Shown: positions 36,380-49,656, counted from the first letter of the whole stretch. The stretch: DNA of 62,822 bases, filler included, from Asterionella formosa (GCA_002256025.1; 19 parts of 19 records of this genome joined end to end with filler, not necessarily neighbours in it); one strand, 5' to 3'. The notes: generated by a model not told the origin, from the letters alone. Program-made: numbers and translations.

Positions 36380-37897
36380 CTACCTTGTCACCCCCATTCT
36401 CTTTCCATCTGCTTCCTCTTCATGGTGTTGTTCCTCTGTAGTAGCACTAGTCCTTTCCTGATTTGCTACTTCCACTGGTGGTGGTGGTGGTGGTTGTAGT
36501 AGTTGCACCAAGTTTGGTTCCAATGAGGATGTTGTTGGTTGCTGCCATGTCAAGGAAGATGACAATGATGATGTAGCAGACTGTTGCATGTGTTGTTGTT
36601 GTTGTTGTTTGGTATTTATAATTGGACTGTTGCTGTTACTGTTTCGCCCCAATAGATACAATCCACTTAAACTTAACATGGCTGAACATGTAAATCCTGG
36701 TGCATCACTGGTGGGACGTCCAAAGCTAAGACCCAAACTTGCTGTTTTAGTTCTAAGCCAATCCAATAATGGGAATGATACCAATGGTTGTTTGGATTGT
36801 CGTCGTAATTGTTGAACCAAATTTTGTTGTGCTTGTACGAGATATACCAATGTAGGTAAACATGCATAATATTGGGAGAACCGAAATTCTGTCCGAGCCA
36901 TGGTTGGATAATATCGCCAAGAAATGGAACAACCGACTTTTTCTTGTACAACTTGAGATGATTCTTGAGGTTTTGGAATAAACAGTGGTGGAATGGGGAG
37001 GGTGGGTAGTAGTATAGATAAAGACTTTGTGATTGGAAAGAACAAGAGTGCCAATGGGAGTGCTGCTACTTTGGCCAGAATATCCAGTGCCATCATAATG
37101 GCCACATGTACTATTCGGATAATGCTCTTCATGGCCCATTTCAAATAGTCCAAATTGATACTGCAGCTAATGTATGCCATCAAACACCATGGATAGTAGA
37201 GTGCAAAGGTCGAGGTGAAGGATGGCAATCCCGGATGTCGTTCCCACCAATTCCAATTGGATGAAATGGGCAGTCGCAGGGCCAGTCCCACTTGTTCCTT
37301 CAAAAAGCATGATTTGTAGAAATTAATTCCAAATCCTTTAAAGTTGAAATTTTGTTTCTGCAAGCGACGACGATTACTTTGATTATTATTTTTCTTCTTC
37401 TTTGTTGTCGTCGTCGTCGTCACAACGACATTGTTGTTGTTGTTGGTTGTACCAAAGGCTCGCAACCAAACTCTCCGCCGAACTGGCAACTGTGTTCCTT
37501 GTCTCCATTTGTATTCCCACCCAAGCGCATCCCGATGTTGTGAAGTAACGATTTTCCAATCATCCATCCAATCCACAGTATTATTATTTTCATTGCTTAT
37601 TAGTACTATATCCAGTGGAGCCGGAGAGACTCTGCCCTCTGTATCCCTCCATCGAGACGGGAAACTATCTCGCCACGTCCCCGACTCGTCGTACTCTTCT
37701 TCTTCAATGACGGTCACAACATTCTCAGCAGAAGGAGTAGTCGTAGATGTTGTTGTAGTAGTTGTTTGCAGTGGATAGGACTGATGATTGCGAGGTTGGG
37801 CTGCAAAGGGAGCCTTGCGACTGTGACAAGCTGCACTTGTCCAAAGCAGAGACGAGATCAGCAGGAAAGGAAGTAAATGTATTGTTGGTTCCCTCAT
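36380..37897 (-). CDS. Hypothetical protein with signal peptide, DysF-like W/R motif and Q/N/T-rich tracts
   Basis: 505-aa ORF with a hydrophobic N-terminus. WMDDWKI..D..GWEY..VRRRVWLR resembles dysferlin/Pex24-type domains. It also has an internal hydrophobic segment. Confidence 0.65.
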   Translation of the reverse strand: MREPTIHLLPFLLISSLLWTSAACHSRKAPFAAQPRNHQSYPLQTTTTTTSTTTPSAENVVTVIEEEEYDESGTWRDSFPSRWRDTEGRVSPAPLDIVLISNENNNTVDWMDDWKIVTSQHRDALGWEYKWRQGTQLPVRRRVWLRAFGTTNNNNNVVVTTTTTTKKKKNNNQSNRRRLQKQNFNFKGFGINFYKSCFLKEQVGLALRLPISSNWNWWERHPGLPSFTSTFALYYPWCLMAYISCSINLDYLKWAMKSIIRIVHVAIMMALDILAKVAALPLALLFFPITKSLSILLPTLPIPPLFIPKPQESSQVVQEKVGCSISWRYYPTMARTEFRFSQYYACLPTLVYLVQAQQNLVQQLRRQSKQPLVSFPLLDWLRTKTASLGLSFGRPTSDAPGFTCSAMLSLSGLYLLGRNSNSNSPIINTKQQQQQHMQQSATSSLSSSLTWQQPTTSSLEPNLVQLLQPPPPPPVEVANQERTSATTEEQHHEEEADGKRMGVTR

Positions 37898-38262
37898 CAG
37901 ATATTCGTTCGTTCCTTTTTAGGTTTATTTGTTTGAGACTTTTAATTACAGTGCTCTCTGTTATTTTACTTGTTTGTAATAAGTAGCTGTGATTATAGGA
38001 AACAATGGCTTTTGTTTGTTCCTCTCTTCTTTTTGGCCAAAACCATAAGCAAGGATCACAATCCAACCGTTGATACTACCACCATCAGGTACTACGTACC
38101 GTGCTACATTCGTTGGTAGTCTCTACCGTGATGATTCGGCTGTGAGGAATCACATCCTTTTTNNNNNNNNNNNNNNNNNNNNNNNNNNNNNNNNNNNNNN
38201 NNNNNNTTAATTAATTAANNNNNNNNNNNNNNNNNNNNNNNNNNNNNNNNNNNNNNNNNNNN

Positions 38263-40061
38263 GCCCTCGATGGCACCGCCCAACCACTGAGGGTGCTTAA
38301 CCCTAACCCTACCCCTAACCCTACCGACCCGAGTGGTATTAACCCTACCCCAAACCCTAACCCTCACCTCGCCGGTAACCCTAACCCTACCCCTAACCCT
38401 ACTCCTAGGGCCCCTCCTACCAGTGGCAGCTTGATCCTTCCGGCACCCCCTCGCACTTATCGCGATGCTGTTGTGCTGCCCATTCCCCTACCACCTTCCC
38501 CTTCGGACACTTATGACACTACCACTGTGCCCAAGAGCCGTCGACGCCGTAAAAACACACCACGTGATGCACCACATGCCAGCCAACCCCACACCCAATC
38601 TTTGCTTGCCAACTGTGCTCTCTCCGCCCCTCCTCCAACCAGTGCTACTCCCCTGGCCACTAATTTTTGTTTCCATGGCACCGCTATCAACCCTGACAAT
38701 GGCAAAATTGCTGGCTATCGCGAATTATTGACTTGCAGCACTGCTCCCCTGTGGGCCACTGCCAACGGCTTAGAAATTGGCCGGTTATTTCAGGGTTTGG
38801 GACCCCATTCTGACATGCCAACGGGTACTAATTGCTGTTTCTTCATTCATAAGCATGAAATGCCCGCACACAAACGCGCCACTTACATCCGCATTGTGTG
38901 TGCCGATCGCCCTGAAAAAACCATTCCCCAACGCGTTCGTTGGACTGCTGGGGGTGATCGTGTCATTTACACTGGCAATGTCAGCACCAAGACTGCTGAT
39001 CTCACTACTGCAAAATGTTTGTTCAACAGCACCATCAGTACCCCCGGTGGCCGCTTCATGACTCTGGATTTATCTGATTTTTATCTGGAAAGTCATCTTG
39101 CACCTGCCGAGTATGAATACGTGCGCATCCCTATATGGATGATTCCTCCACACATTCAAACCCTCTACAACCTAGCTCCAAAAATCATTGATGGGCACCT
39201 CTATGCCGAAATCCGTCGTGGCATGTATGGGCTGCCTCAAGCTGGTAAACTTGCCAATGATCAACTTGCTCAGTTCTTGCTACCACATCATTACCTCCCC
39301 TGCCCAGTCACCCCTGGCCTATGGATGGATACCACCAGTGATCTCATGTTTACGCTTGTTGTTGATGATTTTGGTGTACGTTACACCAAACGTAGTGACG
39401 TGGACCGTCTCCTCACCACTTTACGTACCAAATACCGACTCACAACTGATTGGACTGGCTCTCGATACATTGGCCTTACACTGACGTGGGACTATGAACA
39501 TCGCACAGTTGACCTCACTATGCCTGGTTACATTGTTCGTGCTCTACAACGCTTCACGCACTCCACTCCAACACACCCACAACATGCCCCCCATGCCTGG
39601 ACTGCACCTAGTTATGGCGCTCGCCAGCAATTTGTTGTTTCTGATGTCACCCCTGTCCTTGACCTCCATGATAAAACACGTGTGCAAGAGATTCTTGGTA
39701 CTTTATTGTATTATGCCCGTGCTATTGATTGTACTATGTTGCCGGCCCTTGGTACATTGGCTACACAACAAGCAACCCCCACTGTGGCTACCTTGACTGC
39801 TATTACTCACCTTCTCAATTATTGTGCCACGCATCCTGAGGCCACACTTCGCTTTACTGCCAGTGACATGGTCCTCCATGTTGAAAGCGATGCTTCCTAT
39901 CTCTCTGAAACACGTGGTCGCTCCCGCGCTGCCGGCATTCACTTTCTCAGCTGTAAACCCGTGTCTCCACCTAGCCTCACTACATCCATCCCTCCCCTTA
40001 ACGGTGCTATTTACGTCCACTGTCAAATTCTTAAGGAGGTTGTATCAAGTGCTGCTGAGGC
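38263..40061 (+). mobile_element. Ty1/copia pol (IN-RT linker, RT, start of RNase H), open frame
   Basis: EIGRLFQG, RVRWTAGGD, DLSDFYL, GMYGLPQAG, LVVDDFG, GTLLYYARAID and SDASYLSE..SSAAE. No stops. Confidence 0.93.
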
Positions 40062-40161
40062 NNNNNNNNNNNNNNNNNNNNNNNNNNNNNNNNNNNNNNN
40101 NNNNNTTAATTAATTAANNNNNNNNNNNNNNNNNNNNNNNNNNNNNNNNNNNNNNNNNNNN

Positions 40162-41282
40162 CCCTTTCGTGTAGAAGGCCTGTTCACTCTTGTTCTTGTT
40201 AGTCGTTTTGACGTCATCCCGGACATATAGATCGTAGTAGTCCCGGATGTCTGTCTTAATCTCTTCGACCGTTAGCGTGTTGCGCGCCAGGCCGAACCTT
40301 CCTACTACCAAACTCTTGTAGCTTTCAGGTAGGTTGTTGATCATGTGTGCCACATAGGCACCATCCGAAACGGCGGAGCTCGTATTGCCCAATCGTTCCC
40401 GGATTCGATCCAACTCCACATACCAGCTGTCGGGGTTCTCGTTTTCCCCTAGAGTGCACTTCGTCCATTGGTGGGACAAGGCAATGACATTCGCCATGTT
40501 GCCTGACTCATACGTAGAAATGAGCTTGTCCCATGCTTCTTTAGCATTGCCGTTAGGAAACTCGGCACTTCTTGCATTATTTACGTGTCCGAATGGCCCA
40601 GCCACTCTGGCATGCCATTATCAGACTTGCGTAAGCAACTGTGTTGCTCCTTCGGATGCGTCTCTCGTCAGCATCCGACAACACGATCGTATCGCCCTTT
40701 AGGTCTTTCTCTCCTCTTGGTAGTTCGTCACCGTTAAGTATTCCTTGAAAGTTCTTGTAGCACGCATATGCGAGAAACTTCGCTTTCCACATGTGCCATT
40801 TAGCATCTTGCCCATCGAATGTCGGCAACCTCACTGACGTGTCTTCGTCACTTCCCATGGTTCCTGAGTAGCCTGTGGCCTTAAAGTGAAACGCTTTAAA
40901 GCGTGTTGAAAGGTCTCGTACTCCTTCCCGTCTGACGGGTTCCTCTTACGTAGAACTTACCTGCTATACCACTAGTATTGTTATCTTCTTTCTGCTGCTA
41001 GCCTTCGTGCTAGTTTTCGCTATTGACCTTACTCTGTCAATTCTCACTGTTTCTTAATTATAAGATTAAACTAAAACTAAGTTTCAATCCCATTCATCAC
41101 ACTTCGAGAACCTGTTCTTCGTGTTCCCTTTTCGTTGATGTAAACCTTCTTCTGATTGATCTAAGACATCAATCTTGTTAGCAAGCTTCTTGACATGGGA
41201 ACGCACCATTTGACTCATTGGACTATAGTCGAGTCCACAGTCCTTGTGACTCATTATAGCCATTGATGCTATATTCTTGACA
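40162..41282 (-). mobile_element. Ty1/copia 5' end: putative LTR (41282-40979) and frameshifted gag (40858-40162)
   Basis: gag reads LPTFDG..WHMWKAKFLAYA..GNAKEAWDKL..NPDSWY..LPESY with one frameshift. Upstream is a ~304-bp segment bounded TGTCA..TAACA, followed by a TGGTAT PBS-like motif. Confidence 0.8.
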
Positions 41283-41469
41283 AGGCCAAGCAGCATACCG
41301 GTACCGGTACCGGTACCAGTAGGTCTATGGTGCTGCAATGTGGTGCAGCGACAAAATGACGTCAGCAAGTTAAAAATTCATACCGGTGACCTGATACCAC
41401 AGAATTTGCACTGCGTGGTCGTTTATCTGGTTTGACACATGTGAAGGGATTATTATATACCGGTAGGTA

Positions 41470-41965
41470 TTCACCTTTTATTCGACAGAGAATGCTACCC
41501 GTAGTGGAAGCTAGTGCACTAGTAATTTACTAGCACCGTGTACAAAGCCAGCACCTGATCATGAACGTTTGCATATCATCAGTACGACTATCAGGTAGGA
41601 GTACCAGGTACCCTGGTACTCTGGTACCTGGTACTTCGTCGTGCATTGCAATATATACATACATATGTGTACAGTGATTATTAACTCTATGTATTTGTCC
41701 AATACATATTAACACATTGGTAAATGAAATCAAATGTATAACAACATTAAATGGAAACAATGAGAATGTAATAACGTGCATGCTAGTTAATGTGGTGGTA
41801 GTTCACTAAATACGTAGTTGTGGCTTTCCACCTGTGCGTCGATCAATAAGCATTTTGTTGATTATTTGGGTCACTGAAAGTTCTTGACCATACACCTCAT
41901 AGATTCTGTCAATCGCTGTCTGAGCACTGTAACCACGTCTAATCTGCTCTGCAACTGAATCCCAT
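41470..41965 (-). mobile_element. Right end of a second, diverged CryptonS subfamily
   Basis: 41964-41806 reads WDSVAEQIRRGYSAQTAIDRIYEVYG..GGKPQLRI*. It shares CTAGTGCACTAGCTT(T/C)CACTACGG and a GGTAGcATT..TGTCgAATA arm with the other right ends. Confidence 0.8.
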
Positions 41966-43963
41966 NNNNNNNNNNNNNNNNNNNNNNNNNNNNNNNNNNN
42001 NNNNNNNNNTTAATTAATTAANNNNNNNNNNNNNNNNNNNNNNNNNNNNNNNNNNNNNNNNNNNNCTGTAGTTCAATGAACCCCAACCTCATTCAGCAAC
42101 AGACTTTTGGTTGGTAGCGAAATGGGCAAAGTGCTCATCCCATGATTTCGACACCAGATCATCAATGCATTTCATCCTTTCCAACAGCAAATCCAGCATG
42201 GCGCCTTTCCTTTGGGTTGAGTAAGTCTCTCTTGCATTTTGTGAGTTGGATGTTTAAACTAGGATTTGTTGTCAGGGGTAAAAATTGATGAGGCCAACAA
42301 CTGTGAATAATTTAGTGTTATAGTTACAGGTAATTTTTCTAGTGAATGAGTTGCCTTTCCCGCTTGATTTAGCTTGTGCAAATGGTACTGGATCATAGGT
42401 TTTGTTACCCAAGCCAGCAGTGTAGCCGCCTTACTAGATGAAACAATATTCAAGACTGCACCACATGGCTGGTAGTTTGCCATTGCTATTTGCCTTTTAA
42501 GTTTCTAATTCCGTAACTATATTATTTTAAATAAGTGACATGACAGGCTTTTCCAAAGTATTAGGTATCACCTTGTACTTTTTGGATGGTTGAGGCTGTT
42601 TTCTTGTTGTAAGTTTCATTGTTGTTAAGGAGATGACTGCGATTTGCTTCATTTTGTGGTAGCTCGGAAGCAATTTCTGATGTGAATTATGGTCTCGGAC
42701 ATGAATATATGGCTCGATTTTCTGGCCTTCAAGAAATATTGCATTCATTTACTAAGTGTGACTTATTGATTCATTTATTGCTATAATGCATTGTCCATGG
42801 CGGTTAAACGCAACTAAATATATATTAGACATTAAATGTTTTCCATAAATGTATATGTGTATTTCCGGGCGATGCCGGCTCAATGGTATAATATTGTTAT
42901 TGCCACTTTCGGGCCGATAGCTACTTTCCGACACATTTATCTGATTATCTAAAGCATAAACCCTATCCGACAACTAGATATGTTGTATCCGGCGCAACAT
43001 CAGGAACAACTTTGTCTTACTAAAAAGTCATAACTGGAAAATTGGAAAAAATCTATGTATACAGAGTGAATATTATATCGTTAAGTGACTCAAAGCCATT
43101 CGAAGTGGCTCAAAGCCATTTTTAACTGGTACCAGGTACCAGTATACCAACTCAATCTACAGCAAGGTTCCTTTTTCATTTTCAAGCCTTAAAACTACCG
43201 GTACTCTATTTGATGTGATGGGCAGTATGTGAGATGTCTCTTTGCATGGCTGAGCAACCAGTTTTTTTAAGGAAAACCCCCTCCTGATATCAACCTGACA
43301 TATGCAGTGACTGCTGGCGCTGTCAAGGGGGGACTGTTGTGGTAAGGAAGACACTCTCGGCCTCATGACAAGAGATGTTGGATTGCAAATGTGTGCTGCA
43401 AAGAAGTGCCAATTTTCACCTTGTCATTGGAGCTGTGAACTAACTTTGTATCTTGGTTTGTGTCTATGATGGTTTAAGTGTTAAGTTTTCACCATCATGT
43501 TTGCCTGCTTCATTCACTCAAGGAGTGAATCAACCTATATTTCCCATTGTTTGGTGGCCCTGTGTTTGCCCCTTTTGTTCGCCTGGTTGGCTGCTCTTGT
43601 GTGATCAGCCAACACTTCAGTCTTTGTCGATTTCCAGTATCATCATGTAGTTCCTTTGATGCTAGATAGTGACTCTTGTTGTTTTTCTGGTGGTCAATTT
43701 AGAATAAATGGAACTCTCTTGATCTCATAGTTGAGTCTTGTTTGCTTTTCATTCTTTCCATTCTTGTTTCTTGCTGATTACCAGCATATTTGCCTGCTTG
43801 TTTCCTTCGAGGAGAGAATCAAACTACATATCCAGTTTTTTGACAGCCCTTTGGTCTTGTTTANNNNNNNNNNNNNNNNNNNNNNNNNNNNNNNNNNNNN
43901 NNNNNNNTTAATTAATTAANNNNNNNNNNNNNNNNNNNNNNNNNNNNNNNNNNNNNNNNNNNN

Positions 43964-45624
43964 ACAAACACTTCAGGTTCAGCCCATGCCCAAAATGCAT
44001 CATTGAGCTGATTCGTTGCCGCCTCCCATTTCTCCTTGCTACGTTTCAAAATTATCCATGGTGCTGTTATCATTGCTATGCCCCCCACAGCTAAAACAGG
44101 GAGTAAGAGCATATGAGTTGCGGCCACACCAATAGTCACAACCGTCGCAGACTTTGCATTACCAATGGCTGTGCTGTGGAGAAAAATTGCAGCCTGAAGT
44201 GTGGACCACCGTCCTGTTTTGCACCATACAGCAATGCATTCTGAGTTGGAATGAAAGATGTGATATGGAGGCAAAACTTCTTCGCCGAAATCAAGGAGGA
44301 AATTAGTGCGCGCCAACACAATTTTTGTGGGATCTGACTTCGGAAGTTTGTCCAGAGTTTCCGATTTCGCATTTATGCTATGAGAATTCGTGTCAAGATC
44401 TCGTACCTCTTGATCTATATCATGCATCACTTCTATGGTGGCCCGTAGCAATGAATCTTGCGTTGGAACAGGTTCGTTCTGTGCAATATTATCTATCGAA
44501 AACACAGGTGGCGGCATAACTGGTGCCCCAGGATGCTGACCGTTTTCACCACAGAAGTCAAGATCATGACATTGCATAGCTTCCTCCAACCAGTCGTTGC
44601 CAATCGTGGCACTGCTTTCAGAAACAAGATGTGAATCATTGGAGGATTTTGGAGTCCTTCTGAACCACTTAGTGAGATGGCCAAACTTGGTTCCAGATGA
44701 AGGAAAATCAAAGAGGTTACGACCATAGTTGACTTTGGTCCACTTTCGAAGCTCAGATTTTTCAGTCAGCACTTTCACGTTGAGTCTTTGCTTTTCCTTT
44801 GGGCGAAACGAGCTCCATGCACCCTGCAAGATTTCGTTGTTCTTGTCACCAGTGTCGTCTTGTTCCAATATTCTGACAGCCTTTCCATCTACCTGTGCAG
44901 TCATACCAAAGTCAGCAATGATGACACAATTTTTTCCTGCCTCCAAGACGATACCATGGATTTGGATTGGCCAGGCAATAGGAATCAATTCCCATCTTAT
45001 GATGTGGTCACCGGGTTCGAATCCGTGATCGTGAATCCCTTCTTCAGGTGTTCCCACGATCTCATGAAGCGACTCCAACCAAATTTTCTGCTCAGCTTCA
45101 GATTCAAAACACACCTTCCACTTCTCGAGTTGATCACCTCTGGTTTTTTGTAGGTCAATGGAAAAATGTATAGACGATGAACCATTTTTGTTTTCGGCTA
45201 TTGACTGCATTGTAGCATCGTACAGAACGTCGTCCTCAAGGAGGTCCAACACTCCTCGTGGTAATTTGTACTTGTCTGTGACGCTCTGTTGTACCTGCTG
45301 ATCATCGTAGTTGGCGACAGCATCATTCAGCCAGGAAGGATATCCCACTATTTCTCCTTCCGCTTTGTCAGCCAGCTCGAAATAGAACAATCGCTGTCCT
45401 GCCAACACCAGCCATCGTTGCACCCAAGACTTTCGTATGGCGAACTTGCCTAGACCAGATCGCTGCTTGTACACTCTACTTGCCCGTTGAATCTTTAGCC
45501 CTGGATCCTCAAATGTTAAATCCGGCTTCGGGAGCCCTTCATCTCCCCACATTTGCCTCTCTAGCACATTGGTTGGTGCTGCCACATACCACTCATGGCC
45601 ATCCACGTTGTCGGAGCTGCTCAT
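43964..45624 (-). CDS. PH-domain plus LRAT/NC-domain protein, 3' partial
   Basis: PH: YKQRSG..KSWVQRWLVL..LFYF..FESEAEQKIWLESL. LRAT-like: PGDHI..HGIV..YHIFHSNSECIAVWCKTG. Followed by a hydrophobic segment. Confidence 0.8.
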
Positions 45625-45868
45625 CACCTCCTCGCGTCTAAGTCTGGCCTTTCTTTCGTTGCTTGGTTGAATGGTTTAGTCCTTGTCTTGAGATCGTGCA
45701 TCTATTTTTATTCGGAACACAATTCACGTCGAAAGCGTCAGGAAGTATGATGTATCAACATNNNNNNNNNNNNNNNNNNNNNNNNNNNNNNNNNNNNNNN
45801 NNNNNTTAATTAATTAANNNNNNNNNNNNNNNNNNNNNNNNNNNNNNNNNNNNNNNNNNNNTGGGCCC

Positions 45869-47658
45869 CTACTCCGCTGCTATCGCAGCCACAGAGGCCG
45901 CTTTCTTGGCTGCCGAGCATTCCGCCATGATTTGGCTGGAGCGGGCAATCGGATTGGTGAGGTAGAAGTCGGCAATTGTGCTGGTGAAAGGCGCTGCATC
46001 CACATCGCCTGCTACGCCCAAAAGCTTGAGCTCAAGTGGGGTGTTGGCACCTGGCGCATAATCCAGACCCGCAAAGCTCGGGCTATCGGCCATCAGCTTG
46101 GCACGCAGAGCTTCAAGATTGTCATAAGGCAAGGTCTTGCCAACCAGCGCGGAGACAGCACGGAAAATCGCCCAGTCTTCACGGGCATCGCCCTTAGGGA
46201 ACACGGCCCGGCGCGCCTGTTGCACGCGGCCTTCGGTGTTCACATAGGTGGCGTTCTTTTCGGTATAGGCGGCTGCTGGCAAGATTAAATCCGCCTGTTG
46301 CGCGCCTGCATCGCCATGGCTGCCGACATAGACGACAAAGGTTCCCGCTGGGGCTTTGACTTCGTCTGCCTCCAACAGGATCAACGTATCTAGCGCGCCA
46401 GCTTGCAGCATCTGCGCGGTCGATAAGCCTTGGTCTGTGGGCAAGAAGCCCAGATCAAGCGCCCCAACGCGACCAGCGGCTTTATGGACGACATTCCAGC
46501 CATTCCAGCCTTCACGCACGATCTTGGCCTTCATACCAATCTCTGCAGCCAGCTTCAGAACTTGTGCGCCATCTGGTCGTGCGAGCGCGTCCATACCAAT
46601 GATGACCATTGGCCGCTCTGCCTTAGCAAAGCGCTTGAAGAAGTCGCCCTTGCCCTTGGCCAAATCCGCCAAAGTCTTCGGCCCTGCGCCGACATGCTCA
46701 TATGGGTAGGTCAGGTCAGTTGCCTCACCCACAACGCCAATCAAGTCCAACGTGCCGCGCAACCACGTCTTGCGCACGCGGGCATTGATAAGCGGCGCTT
46801 CCAGACGCAGGTTAGAGCCGATGATCAATAGGGCATCGGCATCTTCAATGCCCATGATGGTGGTGTTGAACAGATATTCGCCGCGCTGGCCCGACAAGCC
46901 AATGGCTGCGCCATCTTGGCGGCAATCAGTATTGGCAACGCCAAGCCCGCGTAGCAGGTCCAAAGCGGCCTTTAAGCCTTCAGAATCGCTTAGGTCACCA
47001 GCAATCGCGCCAATTTTGGTAGCATCGCCCTTCAAGCGCGCCGCAAAGGCTTCGAGTGCTTGTGGCCAGCTGACGGGGGCCAATTTGCCATTGGTCTTAA
47101 GATAAGGCTTGTCGAGGCGCTGACGGCGCAGGCCATCGACTGCATGGCGCGACTTATCCGACAACCATTCCTCATTGATCTCTTCATTGAGGCGCGGCAG
47201 CACGCGCAGCACATCATTGCCGCGCGCATCAACACGAATGTTAGAGCCGACCGCATCCATCACATCGACGGTTTCGGTCTTCTTCAATTCCCAAGGCCGC
47301 GCATTAAACGCATAGGGCTTAGAGGTGAGCGCACCGACGGGGCAGAGATCAACCACATTGGCCGAAAGCTCACTCGTCAAGGATTGCTCAAGATAAGTGG
47401 TGATTTCCATATCTTCGCCGCGGCCAATGGCCCCAAGCTCTGACACGCCAGCCACTTCGGTCGCAAAGCGGACGCATCGCGTGCATTGGATGCAGCGCGT
47501 CATCACCGTTTTGACCAAGGGGCCCATATTCTTTTCTTCAACTGCGCGCTTATTTTCGTCATAGCGCGAACCAGCGCGGCCAAAGGCCACCGCTTGGTCT
47601 TGCAGATCGCATTCCCCGCCTTGGTCGCAAATCGGGCAATCCAGCGGGTGATTGATCA
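45869..47658 (-). CDS. nuoG: NADH-quinone oxidoreductase subunit G, alphaproteobacterial, 5' partial
   Basis: NHPLDCPICDQGGECDLQDQ, MTRCIQCTRCVRF, DLCPVGALTSKPY and EEINEEWLSDK. No introns, and visibly more GC-rich than the neighbouring contigs. Confidence 0.95.
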
Positions 47659-49656
47659 NNNNNNNNNNNNNNNNNNNNNNNNNNNNNNNNNNNNNNNNNN
47701 NNTTAATTAATTAANNNNNNNNNNNNNNNNNNNNNNNNNNNNNNNNNNNNNNNNNNNNGTATGCTCACACTCTTCGTCGATCAGCTCAATGTAATCCTAA
47801 CGGTACATGCCGGAAAATACAGAAAAGAAGTCTTCAATTAGAAGTCATAAACTAGTGATATGCAATCTTAACCGAGTAGGTGATGTATCAAGTTCCTTTT
47901 CTTGGTGAGCGAGGAGGTATCGCTGGAAACCGAACCAATCTCCCGTGGTGACAACAAGTTCACCAGTGCCCAGCCGGTAACTTCAAGGAATCGGAGAATC
48001 AGCACCAAGTTGCGGTCATTTTGCCGAAACTGGAACGCGGCGAAGGACAGGCGCTTAAGTTCTGCAAAATAAATAGAGAATGTCATCAATTCACACTTTG
48101 AAATCGACTGTGTCACACGACTTGGTGACGAAGGTATTATGCCCATTATTTTGTCCAAAAAGATCTGTAGAAATGATTACGTTAGGTCGAAAGCTAAGTA
48201 TCAATTGATCAAGCACTCCAAACGTTAGATCAAAAGGTCAATTAACTTCATCAAACAATTGCTATCATCAGATCGTAAGTTGGATAGTAACTTGGTAAAA
48301 AAGGAACTGTTCTGTATTACCAAATCATGCCATTGTTGGAATGATAAAGTTAGAGTGTCTTGATAAATGAATAGATTGAATGTATAATACTAAGGGAAGA
48401 CTACCTGATGCGACAACAAAAACTGTTTGATAAAATAACAGTATGTATGTATTATCATGCATACATGTGCTTACTATGATCAAACATGCAAAAAGTTATC
48501 TTTTGGGGCAGTCAACAATTAAGCAAAAGTGTTAGGCCTAACGCATTTTTCATTCACAGACAATACAGTTATTAATATCTTTGAATGATACTAGCGAACA
48601 CATTCCAGGATACCAAACTGTGATTAGCATCTTGATCATGTAAACAAGCTACTTTGAAGCAATCATCTGAGGAAATAAATGTCAGTAGGGATGACCATTT
48701 CCAGTGGTTTTTGTGGTACCAGATCCTCACTTCTATTACCAGGTACCACATTCTTTCGTTTTACCACCAAACAACTTTTCTAACCACTTCTCCAATTCTT
48801 TTATGTCTTCGACTTTTCTTGTACCACCTCTCCACATGTCTTATACCAAATCGCTCGAGTTACTTTGGCTTGAAAATCAGGCGCAACCCTTGTCATCCCC
48901 ACAATCACTCCCAGATGATAACGTAGTAAGTAAGCAATAGATATTATGACATCTGTCTTATTTAGAATGATTGTCCTGTACATACCTGATGGGGGGATAC
49001 ATTGATAACATTCAAACATCTGCTATCAGCATGTATGGAGCTATATGATAGACTATATTACCAATTTAAGGTATCTGGCTGGCAAACTGTAACACAGCTA
49101 GTACATAATGAAAACGTATACAGAATGGATACATGAGTTTGTATCATCTTAAAACAAATATACATTTATATATATATATTGCATATATCATAGTTTCAAC
49201 ATCATCGGAACATTGAATTTTCCGGGTTACAATCCCGACTTTCCTCTATTTTTCTTAGTACTTAGCCTACGTCAGCATACGTCAGCAGTCTGTCGCGCTG
49301 CTGCTGACACCCTCCTCAGTCACCATGTCCTTTTTGGACACTGCCGCTTCTTTCGCTTACCCCTCCTCCACTCTTGTTCATGCTCAAAATTCACGGTTAG
49401 ACCTGTTGGTCACTCCACAGCAAAAATCAGTCAAATCCACCTGTTCCTTCCTAAGGAAACGACTTTCGCCTACTTTGCGCGCCTCTGACAGCACATTTGT
49501 CAAACGAGTCTACGGACTAACCTACACGCTGCTTCTGATCCTCCTCCTGTGCGCCNNNNNNNNNNNNNNNNNNNNNNNNNNNNNNNNNNNNNNNNNNNNT
49601 TAATTAATTAANNNNNNNNNNNNNNNNNNNNNNNNNNNNNNNNNNNNNNNNNNNNA

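Noticed and set aside
42066..43863. Short ORFs in an AT-rich contig (similarly 47759-49555 and 54330-55244)
   Set aside because: No recognisable motifs, so I cannot support a call.
45869..47658. nuoG as diatom mitochondrial nad11 or as horizontal transfer
   Set aside because: Composition is far too GC-rich for diatom mtDNA, and the contig has no host flank.
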